Assembly: GCA_012862495.1 (NCBI GenBank)
Contig: BLSG01000132.1
Span: 89,920 to 125,969 of the forward strand
Origin: Thraustochytrium aureum
Lineage: Eukaryota
Length of the DNA stretch: 36,050 nucleotides
Direction: 5' to 3'
In this document: positions 9,939-19,856 of the stretch, piece after piece
Numbering within the stretch: position 1 is the first letter of the stretch
Layout: every line of letters begins with the position of its first letter
Notes under the pieces: model-generated
What the model saw: the letters and a program-made list of their open reading frames with translations, nothing else
What the model was told of the DNA's origin: nothing
Database searches by the model: none
Position numbers and translations under genes: made by a program

Positions 9939-11090
9939 TCAGACCAGCACTGACGAGAGGCGAGTTTTGATCGTGTCTTGCGCCTCGTTCACGATCGAGT
10001 CGATGAGCTCGTTCACCGTGGGGACGTCGTTGATGAGCCCCATCACCACCCCGGCGCTCCAGACGCCTTCGTCGATGTTTCCCGTCTCTTGAAACACGCG
10101 CTTGTAGATTTTCCCGCTGACAAGGTGCTTGATTTTGTCAAAGTCACCGGGGTGCTCCCGCTCGATGGCCATCAGTTCTTCGACGGCCTTGTTTTTGTAC
10201 ACCCTCTCCGTGTTGCGCATGCTTTCCATGATGAGTGCGGTGGAGTTTTCGTCGCCCTCAACGAGCGCTTTTTGATGTTGGCGTGGATGGCGGCCTCTTT
10301 CGTGGCCATGAGGCGGGTGCCGAGCACGATACCGGAAGCGCCCATAGCGAGGGCCGCCGTAAGCTGTGTGCCGGTTGCGCAGCCGCCGCAGGCCAAGTAG
10401 GGGATATCCAGCTGCTCACGCGCCATGGCTAGCATGACCCAGAGGCTCACGCCCGACGTCCCGGGGTGGCCCGCGGCATCAAATCCGTCGATGCTCACGA
10501 AGTCGACTCCCATGCGCTGCGCAGTCTTGGCGTGGCGGACTTGGGTGCACTTGTGCATAATCTTGATGTTGTGGTCCTTGAACAGCTTGATGAAGGGCTC
10601 CAGTCCTTTGTAGTGTCCGGCGGTCTCGCTGCGTCAACGCCGTGAGGAGCACGTCGGAGGTTAGCTAACTGTTTTGGGGCACTGCGGTTCCGGGCGCGCT
10701 GACGTACACAACGGTGATGCCCTCTTCTACCACTACGTTGGCATAGGCGTTGTAGTCCGGTGGCAGAAGCATCGGCAGCAGCGTCAGGTTGACTGCGATC
10801 GGCATGCTCGTGATCGATTTGGCAATGCGAATCTCGTTGCGCAGGGCCTCGGGGTCGGGCTGGGTCTGCGTGGCGCGGGAAAAACAATCAGCACGTTAGG
10901 CGCCCAGGCAATGGTGCGCGCGACTAGCGGCGAAACGTACCAGCGCGGTGATCGTGCCGAGCCCGCCGGCGTTGCTCACGGCTCCAGCCAGCGCCCCATA
11001 AGTCACGTAGTGCATGCCGCCCGACACGATCGGGTGCTTGATCCCGAGCGCCTCGGTCAGCGCCGTGCGAAAAATCTGCTTGGTGGCCAT
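9939..11090 (-). CDS. Nitronate monooxygenase / 2-nitropropane dioxygenase (FabK-like FMN TIM barrel); exons 11090-10941, 10865-10708, 10628-9939; one frameshift in the T5 run at 10269-10273
   Basis: Spliced translation: GIKHPIVSGGM...AVSNAGGLGTITAL|TQPDPEALRNEI...PIAVNLTLLP...VVETAG...HKCTQVRHA...VSIDGFDAAGHPG...ACGGCATG...ALAMGASGIVLGTRLMATKE...WSAGVVMGLINDVPT. Both introns splice in frame. Confidence 0.92.
10629..10707 (-). other. Spliceosomal intron 2 of the NMO gene (79 nt, phase 2)
   Basis: GTACGT donor, GCTAAC branch point and CGCAG acceptor. Removal restores the conserved VVETAG. Confidence 0.88.
10866..10940 (-). other. Spliceosomal intron 1 of the NMO gene (75 nt, phase 0)
   Basis: GTACGT donor, CCTAAC branch point, pyrimidine tract and CGCAG acceptor. 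Removal gives TITAL-TQPDP. Confidence 0.88.
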
Positions 11091-11927
11091 CCTTCCCTCC
11101 CTTTCGTCCAGGCGCTTCTACAAAAAGCCTGCGCTTGAGCGGCATCAATCTCGTTAGCTTCGGCCTGCCATCCGCCGCGCGCGCCCTGCCCGGCGCTTGA
11201 CACGGCCGGACGTTACTGCGCCGCGGTCCACACCGTCAAATTGCGGTCCACGAGCGAACTCACCCTCGCTGCCTCCCGCTGCTGCCGCTCGCCCGCCAGT
11301 CCGCCTGCCAGTCCGCAGCGCACAGAGATGGCGGTCGCTTTGCAGTTCAAGGCCAATTCCTTCGTGTGGCCTGTTCGGCGTCGGGCTCTGGTGTCAACTC
11401 GTGTGGGTGAATCGGGTCTGCCGCGCCTGTTCGCGCGCGTGAAATGCCCAAGGTGAAACCTGCAATTTTTGCCACCTTTCCATGAGAGCGGGCTTCGGAC
11501 CGCCTCTGTAGAGTTCCTTCGCCGACGCTGCGAGCCGGTGCCTTGTGATCCAGCCAGCGCGATCTGGCTCGCGAGAGCTTTCCGCTCTGACGAACGCCGC
11601 AATTTCGTGCGCAAACACGAAGGAGACCAGGATAGCTCTGGGCGACGTTGGACGACAAAAACGCCGGCGTCATCGTCATGAGCGCCAAGCCAGCAAGGAA
11701 GGCTCCGCGGGGCCAATTCCGGCCGTCGTCGCTCTTGACGTGCTTGGGAAACAACGTGGGGCGGGATTGGGACTCGGACCACCGTGATCCACAGCAAGGT
11801 GAAGCGAACGTCACGCGAAGGCAACAGGCAAAAGGCAAAACGTCAGCGCGGCCAGATGGGCAGATTTGCATAATAGTTGTTCAGCTGCGTTCGGCCATGC
11901 CCCGATCGACACGACGGAGCGCGCGAA

Positions 11928-12527
11928 TCACTGAGGGATGCTAAAGATGTGCACTGCCTGCGCCTTCTCGCGGCAGATGAACGGCTGATTGGCCCTGCCT
12001 TTCATGGCATCTGAGACCACAACAAGCACCTCGTCAGACTCGAAATGCACCCCTTCAACGTTGCAGTATTTTATCTCGCAAAAGTCGTTGCGAGGAAAGT
12101 CGTAGATTTGGCCCTCTTCGAGAACCACTGTTCCCGAGTCCGCGTCGAAGCTCGCGGAAGTGACCCAGACGGCGCTGTTCTCCTGCGACGTGATGGCCAG
12201 CCGGCTTCCGCGGATCGTCAGCGCCGAGTAGTCGACAAAGGCGACGCTCTTGGGCAGCTCGATCACGTGGCGCTTGGCGTACACGCAAGCCCCGTCCGCG
12301 GCGATCTCCCTTTCGAGGACAAAAATACGTCCGTTGCCTGGCGTGCGGCCTTCCTTGCCGCCCTCGCAAAAGTTGCCTTCGCACAAGCCGAGCAGAAACG
12401 AGCGTGAGCCCACGTACAGCACCGCGGCTCCCTCGATGCCCTTGTTCTCGCTGCTAAACTTGTGAGCAATGTCGCAGTGTCTGATGTGGTGAATCTCCGA
12501 GTCTTTAATTGCAATCTCTGCGTGCGT
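11928..12527 (-). CDS. Uncharacterised beta-propeller-like protein (YjiK/SdiA-regulated-like fold); N-terminus in or beyond the gap 12528-12848
   Basis: About 200 aa of clean frame to TGA, with repeated blade motifs: NKGIEG, LLGLCEGNFC.GG..GR.PG.GRI, LP..V.F.DYS, LAITSQENSAVWV, Y.FPR...YCNVEGV, VVVSD..K...Q...C..K.Q.VHIF. I recall these from a family of bacterial and algal hypothetical proteins. Confidence 0.72.
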   Translation of the reverse strand, partial: THAEIAIKDSEIHHIRHCDIAHKFSSENKGIEGAAVLYVGSRSFLLGLCEGNFCEGGKEGRTPGNGRIFVLEREIAADGACVYAKRHVIELPKSVAFVDYSALTIRGSRLAITSQENSAVWVTSASFDADSGTVVLEEGQIYDFPRNDFCEIKYCNVEGVHFESDEVLVVVSDAMKGRANQPFICREKAQAVHIFSIPQ

Positions 12528-13077
12528 NNNNNNNNNNNNNNNNNNNNNNNNNNNNNNNNNNNNNNNNNNNNNNNNNNNNNNNNNNNNNNNNNNNNNNNNN
12601 NNNNNNNNNNNNNNNNNNNNNNNNNNNNNNNNNNNNNNNNNNNNNNNNNNNNNNNNNNNNNNNNNNNNNNNNNNNNNNNNNNNNNNNNNNNNNNNNNNNN
12701 NNNNNNNNNNNNNNNNNNNNNNNNNNNNNNNNNNNNNNNNNNNNNNNNNNNNNNNNNNNNNNNNNNNNNNNNNNNNNNNNNNNNNNNNNNNNNNNNNNNN
12801 NNNNNNNNNNNNNNNNNNNNNNNNNNNNNNNNNNNNNNNNNNNNNNNNGGTCCGGGGGCGTTCCCAGGCCTCAGCGGATCCCCTTCGCCAGCGCCAAGAT
12901 ACGCCATCGCAAAGTCCGCTACGTCCGCGCCGTGCAGCGCGTCCTGCGCGCCGGTGCGTCCGTCCACCGAGCAGCGCGATTCCGCGCGCGAGTTGGCGCA
13001 AGGTCCTCCCGCCAAACCGCGCGAGAGACGCGGAGGATCCGCGCTGTCTCGGCGCCGCTTTGAAGCAAGGATCTAGC

Positions 13078-13251
13078 GCTCCGCGAGCTCTCCCGGCGCC
13101 CGCGCTTTCAGTCCCAGCAGAACGCGCCCTGGCGCTTCGCGTGGGGACTCTCCCGGCGCCCGCGCTTCGCGAACTGCGGACGCTGCCTCCTGGCGCTTCG
13201 CGAGCTCTCCCGGCGCCCACGCTTTCAAACCCCGGCGACCTGCGGACGCTG
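13078..13251. repeat. Imperfect ~57-60 bp repeat (core CTCTCCCGGCGCCCRCGCTT x3; CTGCGGACGCTG x2)
   Basis: Core copies start at about 13088, 13148 and 13205. Confidence 0.75.
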
Positions 13252-13363
13252 TGTCCTCCCCCTTGGGTCGCGGTCGTCCCAGCGAATAATGGGCAGCTCG
13301 GTCTGTTCCTGTGGCATGGAACCTTAGTCTGTACGCTCGCAGCAATCCGCGGCGGCCTGGCCT

Positions 13364-13402
13364 ACCCTAGTTTGGGGCAGGGCGCGGCCCGTCGGGTTAG
13401 GG
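13364..13402 (+). promoter_or_regulatory. Telo-box-like motifs (ACCCTAG, GGGTTAGGG) upstream of RPLP2
   Basis: ACCCTAG at 13364-13370 and GGGTTAGGG at 13394-13402, about 200 nt before the 5'UTR intron donor. A similar cluster lies upstream of RPS23. Confidence 0.4.
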
Positions 13403-13577
13403 CGGCGCGGTCGATGTGTGGCGCAAGTGGCGCGGTAGAGGGTTTATCGAGGCGCGAGAGGCTCGCAGCAGCAGCAGCAGGCGGCGCAGGCCTTGGACGC
13501 GCAGGAGACCCTTAAAGCGCTGCAGAGAACAGTCCAGAGCTGTTGTCCGGGGACAGGAAGGAGCGTGGCTAGTGCAG

Positions 13578-13877
13578 GTGAGTTGGCCGATGCGGCACGC
13601 GAGCTGCCGGGTGGCCCGGTGCGGCCAGCGGATGCTGTGGCGACGCGAGGCGGTCTGTCTCGGGTGGCCGTCCTCGCCGTCGCGCAGATGATAGGCCCGG
13701 CCGGATGCGTCGGGGCCGGCTGAGCCGGCTTGTGTCGCGACGCGCGATGGCGGCGGCGGCGTGCGGCGCCAGGGATGGTTTGGGAGGCCGAGGGCGGAGG
13801 CTGGGGTTTGGGAACGGAATCGATGCTGACAGGTCTTGCGCGCCCCGGCGGAATGAAACGCGTTGTCGGTGCGGTAG
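13578..13877 (+). other. Probable 5'UTR intron of RPLP2 (300 nt)
   Basis: CAG|GTGAGT donor at 13578, GCTGAC branch point at 13825-13830 and TAG acceptor at 13875-13877, 22 nt before the ATG. Confidence 0.6.
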
Positions 13878-13899
13878 ACAGAACTCACCCCAAAACAAG

Positions 13900-14248
13900 A
13901 TGCGCTACATCGCTGCGTACGTGCTCCTTGCCCTCGGCGGCAAGGAGAGCCCCCTCGGAGGAGGATGTCAAGGGCCTGCTCGAGAAGGCTGGCGTTGAGG
14001 TCGATGCCGAGAAGCTCGGCGCGCTCGCCAAGGCCGTCGAGGGCAAGAACATCGACGAGCTCATCAAGGAGGGCAAGGCCAAGATGAAGGCCATCGCCGG
14101 CGCTGCTGGCTCGGGCGGCTCGGGCGGCTCGGGCGGCGCCGCCGCTGGCGGCGCTGCTGCCGCCGAGGAGAAGGTCGAGGAGGAAGAGGAGGAGGTTGAC
14201 GTCGGCGGCGGCGGCCTCTTTGGCGGCGAGGACGCAGCTGGCTATTAA
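13900..14248 (+). CDS. RPLP2: 60S acidic ribosomal protein P2 (one extra C in the C5 run at 13950-13954)
   Basis: MRYIAAYVLLALGGKESP/SEEDVKGLLEKAGVEVD...VEGKNIDELIKEGKAKM, followed by an Ala/Gly hinge and the acidic tail EEEEEEVDVGGGGLFGGEDAAGY. Stop TAA. Confidence 0.95.
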
Positions 14249-14659
14249 GTGGACTTTAAAGAATCTGTTCTCTTTGCCCCCCACCGCCTCCAACTGCTTG
14301 CGTGCGTCTGCGGCCCGAGCGCCGGGAGCCTCGAGGCTTGCCGGGCCAAAAGCCGCACCGGGTCCTCGTTCTCGTCGTTGGACTGCTTGCGCCGAGCGCT
14401 GCGTTCCCGCGCTCCGCGCCATCGCTACATGCCCTAGATGTTTTTCTTTTTTTCCCCACGAGAGTCCTGCTGCCGCAGTCGCCGGCTGGTCGGGCTTTCG
14501 CCCGGCTCGGTCCGGTCCGGTTCGGCCCGGCGGCAGGAGCTCCAACCACTGGAACGGCCCGCGGGCGCATGCATCGCTGCGGACCAAGCTCTCGGCGGGC
14601 CGCGCAAGTAGCAAAAAGAAGAAAAGAAGAAAGCGGAATCAGGCAGAATAGAAAAGTGC

Positions 14660-15088
14660 TTAGTTGCGCGGCTTCTCCTTCTTCTCCCTGTACAAGGCCC
14701 AGAGCGAGACGCCAGCGACCTTGACGACCTTGAAGCGGACACCGGGAATATCACCGACGGCATGGCCCGAGCGACCAAAGCCAGCAATGAGCACCTCGTC
14801 GTTTTCGTCGACAAAGTTGAGGCAGCCGTCGCGGGGCACGAAGGCGGCAATCTTCTTGCCGTTCTTGATCAGCTGCACGCGCACCGACTTGCGGATAGCA
14901 GAGTTAGGCTGCTTGGCCTCAATGCCGATCTTCTCCAGCACGATGCCCTTGGACATGGACGCGCCGGCCATCGGCAGGTTGTACTTGGTGTTGCTGTGCG
15001 CCTTGGCGAACGACTTCTTGGCCCAGCGCTGCGACTTGCGGTGCATGCGGTGCTTGCGCCCGGTGCGGATACCCTGCGGCTTGCCCAT
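14660..15088 (-). CDS. RPS23: 40S ribosomal protein S23 (uS12), 142 aa, intronless CDS
   Basis: [12 protein letters not shown]...[45 protein letters not shown]...[22 protein letters not shown]. Start context aagATG, stop TAA. Confidence 0.98.
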   Translation of the reverse strand: MGKPQGIRTGRKHRMHRKSQRWAKKSFAKAHSNTKYNLPMAGASMSKGIVLEKIGIEAKQPNSAIRKSVRVQLIKNGKKIAAFVPRDGCLNFVDENDEVLIAGFGRSGHAVGDIPGVRFKVVKVAGVSLWALYREKKEKPRN

Positions 15089-15304
15089 CTTGCCCGACTC
15101 TCGTGCCTCTCGCTCCCTTGCCTGCCTGCCTGCCTGCCTGCTGCCCAGCCCCTGCCCTGCCTCCGCCTCGATGCTCTTGCGCGTGGTCTGCAGCTCCTGC
15201 TCTGCTCTCCTCACTCGCCTTCAAACAACTCGCTCCCTCCCCTCCTCCACCACCACCCACCACCCAAAACAAACACCCACAACCCAGCCCAGTCGCCGCC
15301 CGCT

Positions 15305-15346
15305 CTAGGGCTAGGGTACCCTGCCAACCTAACCCGAACCTAACCC
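15305..15346 (-). promoter_or_regulatory. Cluster of telo-box-like motifs upstream of RPS23
   Basis: CTAGGGCTAGGGTACCCT at 15305-15322 and AACCTAACCC twice (15326-15335, 15337-15346), about 220-260 nt upstream of the ATG. Confidence 0.45.
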
Positions 15347-16825
15347 ACCGCGGCTCTTGGAGACTCTTGAATCCGCTCGCCCTTCAAGAGCCCAAGGGAA
15401 CCTCCCCACGTCCAAAAAGAACAGAGAGCTGATCTTCCGAAAGAACAGAAAGAAGGATCCTGCGTTGGGAGCAAGTTCTGTGTTCGTGAGCGCACGCGGG
15501 TGCAGACGCACATTGGAGGCAGCGGCAGACGCCCGAGGGCTGTTCTGTGCTGCATCCTCTGCTCGCACTCGCGCACCGGGTCGCACCACGGGCAGCCGCT
15601 CGAGTGTCCAGCAACTCTGCTCGAGCAAGTCGAGTGCTCCGCGGGTCNNNNNNNNNNNNNNNNNNNNNNNNNNNNNNNNNNNNNNNNNNNNNNNNNNNNN
15701 NNNNNNNNNNNNNNNNNNNNNNNNNNNNNNNNNNNNNNNNNNNNNNNNNNNNNNNNNNNNNNNNNNNNNNNNNNNNNNNNNNNNNNNNNNNNNNNNNNNN
15801 NNNNNNNNNNNNNNNNNNNNNNNNNNNNNNNNNNNNNNNNNNNNNNNNNNNNNNNNNNNNNNNNNNNNNNNNNNNNNNNNNNNNNNNNNNNNNNNNNNNN
15901 NNNNNNNNNNNNNNNNNNNNNNNNNNNNNNNNNNNNNNNNNNNNNNNNNNNNNNNNNNNNNNNNNNNNNNNNNNNNNNNNNNNNNNNNNNNNNNNNNNNN
16001 NNNNNNNNNNNNNNNNNNNNNNNNNNNNNNNNNNNNNNNNNNNNNNNNNNNNNNNNNNNNNNNNNNNNNNNNNNNNNNNNNNNNNNNNNNNNNNNNNNNN
16101 NNNNNNNNNNNNNNNNNNNNNNNNNNNNNNNNNNNNNNNNNNNNNNNNNNNNNNNNNNNNNNNNNNNNNNNNNNNNNNNNNNNNNNNNNNNNNNNNNNNN
16201 NNNNNNNNNNNNNNNNNNNNNNNNNNNNNNNNNNNNNNNNNNNNNNNNNNNNNNNNNNNNNNNNNNNNNNNNNNNNNNNNNNNNNNNNNNNNNNNNNNNN
16301 NNNNNNNNNNNNNNNNNNNNNNNNNNNNNNNNNNNNNNNNNNNNNNNNNNNNNNNNNNNNNNNNNNNNNNNNNNNNNNNNNNNNNNNNNNNNNNNNNNNN
16401 NNNNNNNNNNNNNNNNNNNNNNNNNNNNNNNNNNNNNNNNNNNNNNNNNNNNNNNNNNNNNNNNNNNNNNNNNNNNNNNNNNNNNNNNNNNNNNNNNNNN
16501 NNNNNNNNNNNNNNNNNNNNNNNNTTCGCAAGCGCCGCAGCAACAGCAGCAACAGCAGTCAGGTAAGCAACAACAGGATTTTATTTCTCTCTAGCAGCGC
16601 AAGTCGCCTGGGCCGGCCTGCTTCTATCTTATTGCGGCGGGCGCCGCGTGCGGCCCGCGCCGCCGCGCGCTCGGGTGCAACCGTGCCGCCCCACTCTACT
16701 AGCGAGGCCAGGCCGCAAGCGAAGAGGCCCAGCAGCTCAGCCCCAAGCTTGCTCTCTCTAGCTGGAGCTAGAGCTGGCCAGTCTGTAGACGTCCACGTAA
16801 ATGCTCTCTCTCTATAGCTCTAGAG

Positions 16826-19800
16826 CTAGTCCTCTTGGTGCTGGATCTCCGAGAGCTTGATCGGGTCCGCCAGACCCCACATCGTCAGCAGCACGTTGAC
16901 CTTGGACAGGTTGGTCGAGTAAAGGTGCGCAAACATCGGCTTGGAGAGCGAGTGGACCGCGATGTTGGCCAAGACCTCCACAAACGACTCGTACGTGAGG
17001 CTAAACAAGTCTTGGCCGAACCGCGCCGTGACATCTTGGTAGATCTCCCGGATCTCCTTGCGCGCGATAAACGTGGGCGTGATGTCATAGTCTTGCGCCA
17101 TTTTGATAACGTCCGAAAGCTGCACCGCGCCGGTCCCGTTCTGGTCCTTGTAAAACTCGAACACGCGACTGAGCACGACGGCGTGCTTGTCAAACAAAGC
17201 AACAAGGGCACGGTCCAGCACGAGCCTGTCCTGCGCTTGCGGGACGGCCGCCGGCCCAGCGCCGGCCCCTGCGCCGCCCTGCGCCGTACCGGCCCGCTTG
17301 TGCGATCCGTTTCCGATGCGCTGTCCGCGCTGATTGGGGTCGTTGAGCATGTTCTCCTTCACGGCCGTCTGCAACGGGGACGTCGCCTCGGTCACCTTGC
17401 GGGCCTCTTGGATCACCTTCTCGGAGTCGGCGTGCACGCGCTGGCCGATCTCTGCCATCCGCCGCACCTGCTCGTCGATCAAGTTGCGGCTCTCGTCCAG
17501 CTCTTGGCGTTTGCGGATGAGGTCGAGCTTCTCGCGTTCAATCTCCCTTGCGCGCGCCTCTAGGGACTCGCGGACAAGCGGGGCCTCCTCCGCGTGCGGC
17601 ACCCAGCCACTGCGCGGCGCCGCCTCGGAGGGCGAGCCGCCATCTCGGCGCAAACCAGAGTCCCAGGCCTGCGCGCGGCCAGGAAGGACAGGCAAGTACG
17701 AGCTGGCGGGCGACAGGTACGAGCTAGCAAATGCGTCTGCACCGTTGGTGCTGTTGTGAGGCGGGGCGCCAAAGCTCATGGTGCCTTCGCCGTCCCCGAC
17801 GTGATGGACGACACCTTGCTGCGGGTACTGGTGCGTCTGTTGCTGCTGTGGCTGTTGCTGCTGTGGCTGTCGCTGCTGTGGCTGGTTCGCAAACTGCTGT
17901 TGCGACTGGTGCACGTACTGCTGCTCCTGGCGGCTCATCTGGGGCTCGGGCTCGTGGCGCTCTTGCGCAAGCACACCATCGTCCCCGGCGCCTTGGGTGG
18001 CCCTGGTCCTGCGCTGGGCCGTCAAAGGCCGATCGCGTCGCAAAGCTCGCACTTGGGTTTTCCAGCTCGCTCGCGTCGGTATCCGCCGTGTACGGGGAGA
18101 AGGGCTCGCCGCGCGACGGGACAGTGACGAGGCCCGTCGACTCTCCGAGCGGGGCATGCAACAGGCCACTGTTGCGAAGCATTTTGCTGAACGTGATGAA
18201 CGGGTTCCGGAGATCGAGCGGCGAGGCGCCGCCATTGGCAGACGACTCGTTGATGATTTTCGAAAACTCGCTCGCCGTGTACGCCGCCGCGAGGTCCTCC
18301 GGGTTCAGCGAGGCTGCGATCCCCGGCGAGAAGGGCGACCCGCGAATGTGGCGCAAGAGGCCAAACTTGGTGCGCCCGTCGTCCAGCGTCACGGCGATGG
18401 TGCCCGAGAGTGTCTTGTTCTCTGCCTGCTGCGCGCGCAGCTCCTCGATGGGCAAGCGACGGTGTACTGCACCTTGTAGGTCCCATCGCCGTTGTCAGAG
18501 ATCGAATCAAACTGGAGCGGGGCCTCCATCGAGACGTTAAACTCGAGCTGCTCCGTTGGGTCGACAGGTTGGTCAAACTCGTTGCGCGCAAAGATGGTGA
18601 ACTCGTTGGTCTGCTCGACGACGGCACAGAGCAACCCGATGCCGTCCGCGACGCAGTGCGACGTGCAGACCGGCGCAGGGAGGATGTTCGGGTGATACGG
18701 GCTGCCGTAAATGTCAAACCCAGCTAGCATTACGCTCAGCTCGTACTCGCCCATGCGCGTGGGCACGTACTCGGCAGTGAAAGTTCCGTCCTCGTTGTCA
18801 ATCACAGTCACGTCGTAGTGGAGGTCGTCGCTCTCCAGCACGACAGACGGCATCGCCATGCCCGCGTTTTCGAGCGGGTTGCCGAATTCGTCGTTCGCCT
18901 GGATGGTAAAGTGGACCGGCTCGCCGATGCGGCCTTCATACAGGCCGCGGCCGAATGCGGTCCAGTTCTGCGCCTCGTCCCACTTGGCTGTCTCAGCGTC
19001 CAGGTCGTACTCGGCGTCAGGCGCGGCTCCAACCGGTTTCGGAAAGATCCGCTTGTGGTCCTGTTCGTGCGCTAAGATCTGCGCGAGCGTGTCGGTCCAG
19101 AGGAGAAAGTCCTCCAGGTTGCCAGCGGCTATTTCAAAGCGTCGTCTGCGCCCCAGGCCTTCCTCGATGAAGAACTCGTAGTCGGGGTTAATCTTTGAGT
19201 TTTTGTGCTCGCGGAGCACTGAAGGCTGGCCGAACTTTGCCCTGCGTAGCTCGATATAGCCTTTTGGCGTGTCGCGGTTTCTCTCGCTGTAGTAGATCAG
19301 TCGGACGTTGCGTTTGTCTACGATGAAGTGGCGCAAAGTCCAGTTGCGGCGGCGAAGGCCTTTCTTGAACAGCTGCCCCTCGATCACAAGTTCATCAGGG
19401 ACCTGAAAGCGGCGCGACCCGGATCGCCCCGACCGACCAGAACGGCGCGAGGCGCGGTCGCCGCTNNNNNNNNNNNNNNNNNNNNNNNNNNNNNNNNNNN
19501 NNNNNNNNNNNNNNNNNNNNNNNNNNNNNNNNNNNNNNNNNNNNNNNNNNNNNNNNNNNNNNNNNNNNNNNNNNNNNNNNNNNNNNNNNNNNNNNNNNNN
19601 NNNNNNNNNNNNNNNNNNNNNNNNNNNNNNNNNNNNNNNNNNNNNNNNNNNNNNNNNNNNNNNNNNNNNNNNNNNNNNNNNNNNNNNNNNNNNNNNNNNN
19701 NNNNNNNNNNNNNNNNNNNNNNNNNNNNNNNNNNNNNNNNNNCTTGCTCCCTCCGGCGCTGTGCCGTGACGGCAGCTTGTTGGAGCGCGGCGTCTCCGAC

Positions 19801-19856
19801 TCGACCGACTCTGCCGCTCCCTTGCGTCCTTTCCCCTTCCTGAAAAGGAACGCCAT
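16826..19856 (-). CDS. PH domain + two filamin/ABP280 Ig repeats + Q-rich linker + coiled coil + C-terminal EF-hand-like domain; frameshifts near 18457 and 18002; first exon from 19856 is tentative across the gap
   Basis: PH: IEGQLFKKG..RRNW..RHF...LIYY...PKGYIEL...FEIAA...FLLWTDTL. Filamin repeats: TAFGRGL..G..GEPVHFTIQA...V.DNEDGTFTAEYVPT..GEYELSV...IYGSPY and ADGIGL...FTIFARN...DNGDGTYKVQYTV...HIRGSPF. C-terminus: LSRVFEFY.DQNGTGAVQLSDV...LTYESFVEVLANIA. Candidate acceptor TTTCAG before 19402; candidate ATG at 19856 (MAFLFRKGKG). Confidence 0.8.

Noticed and set aside
11400..11480. snRNA suggested by the Sm-site-like AATTTTTG near 11464
   Set aside because: None of the U1, U2, U4 or U5 conserved motifs flank it.
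13578..13877. Intronic snoRNA in the RPLP2 5'UTR intron
   Set aside because: Only a degenerate ATGATA...CTGA pair about 30 nt apart is present. There is no proper C box, terminal stem or evident rRNA-complementary guide.
13900..14248. RPLP2, MED17, NMO or CFAP57 as pseudogenes or programmed frameshift genes
   Set aside because: The proteins are well conserved on both sides of each shift, have no in-frame stops after repair and share no slippery heptamer. Homopolymer miscalls are more parsimonious.
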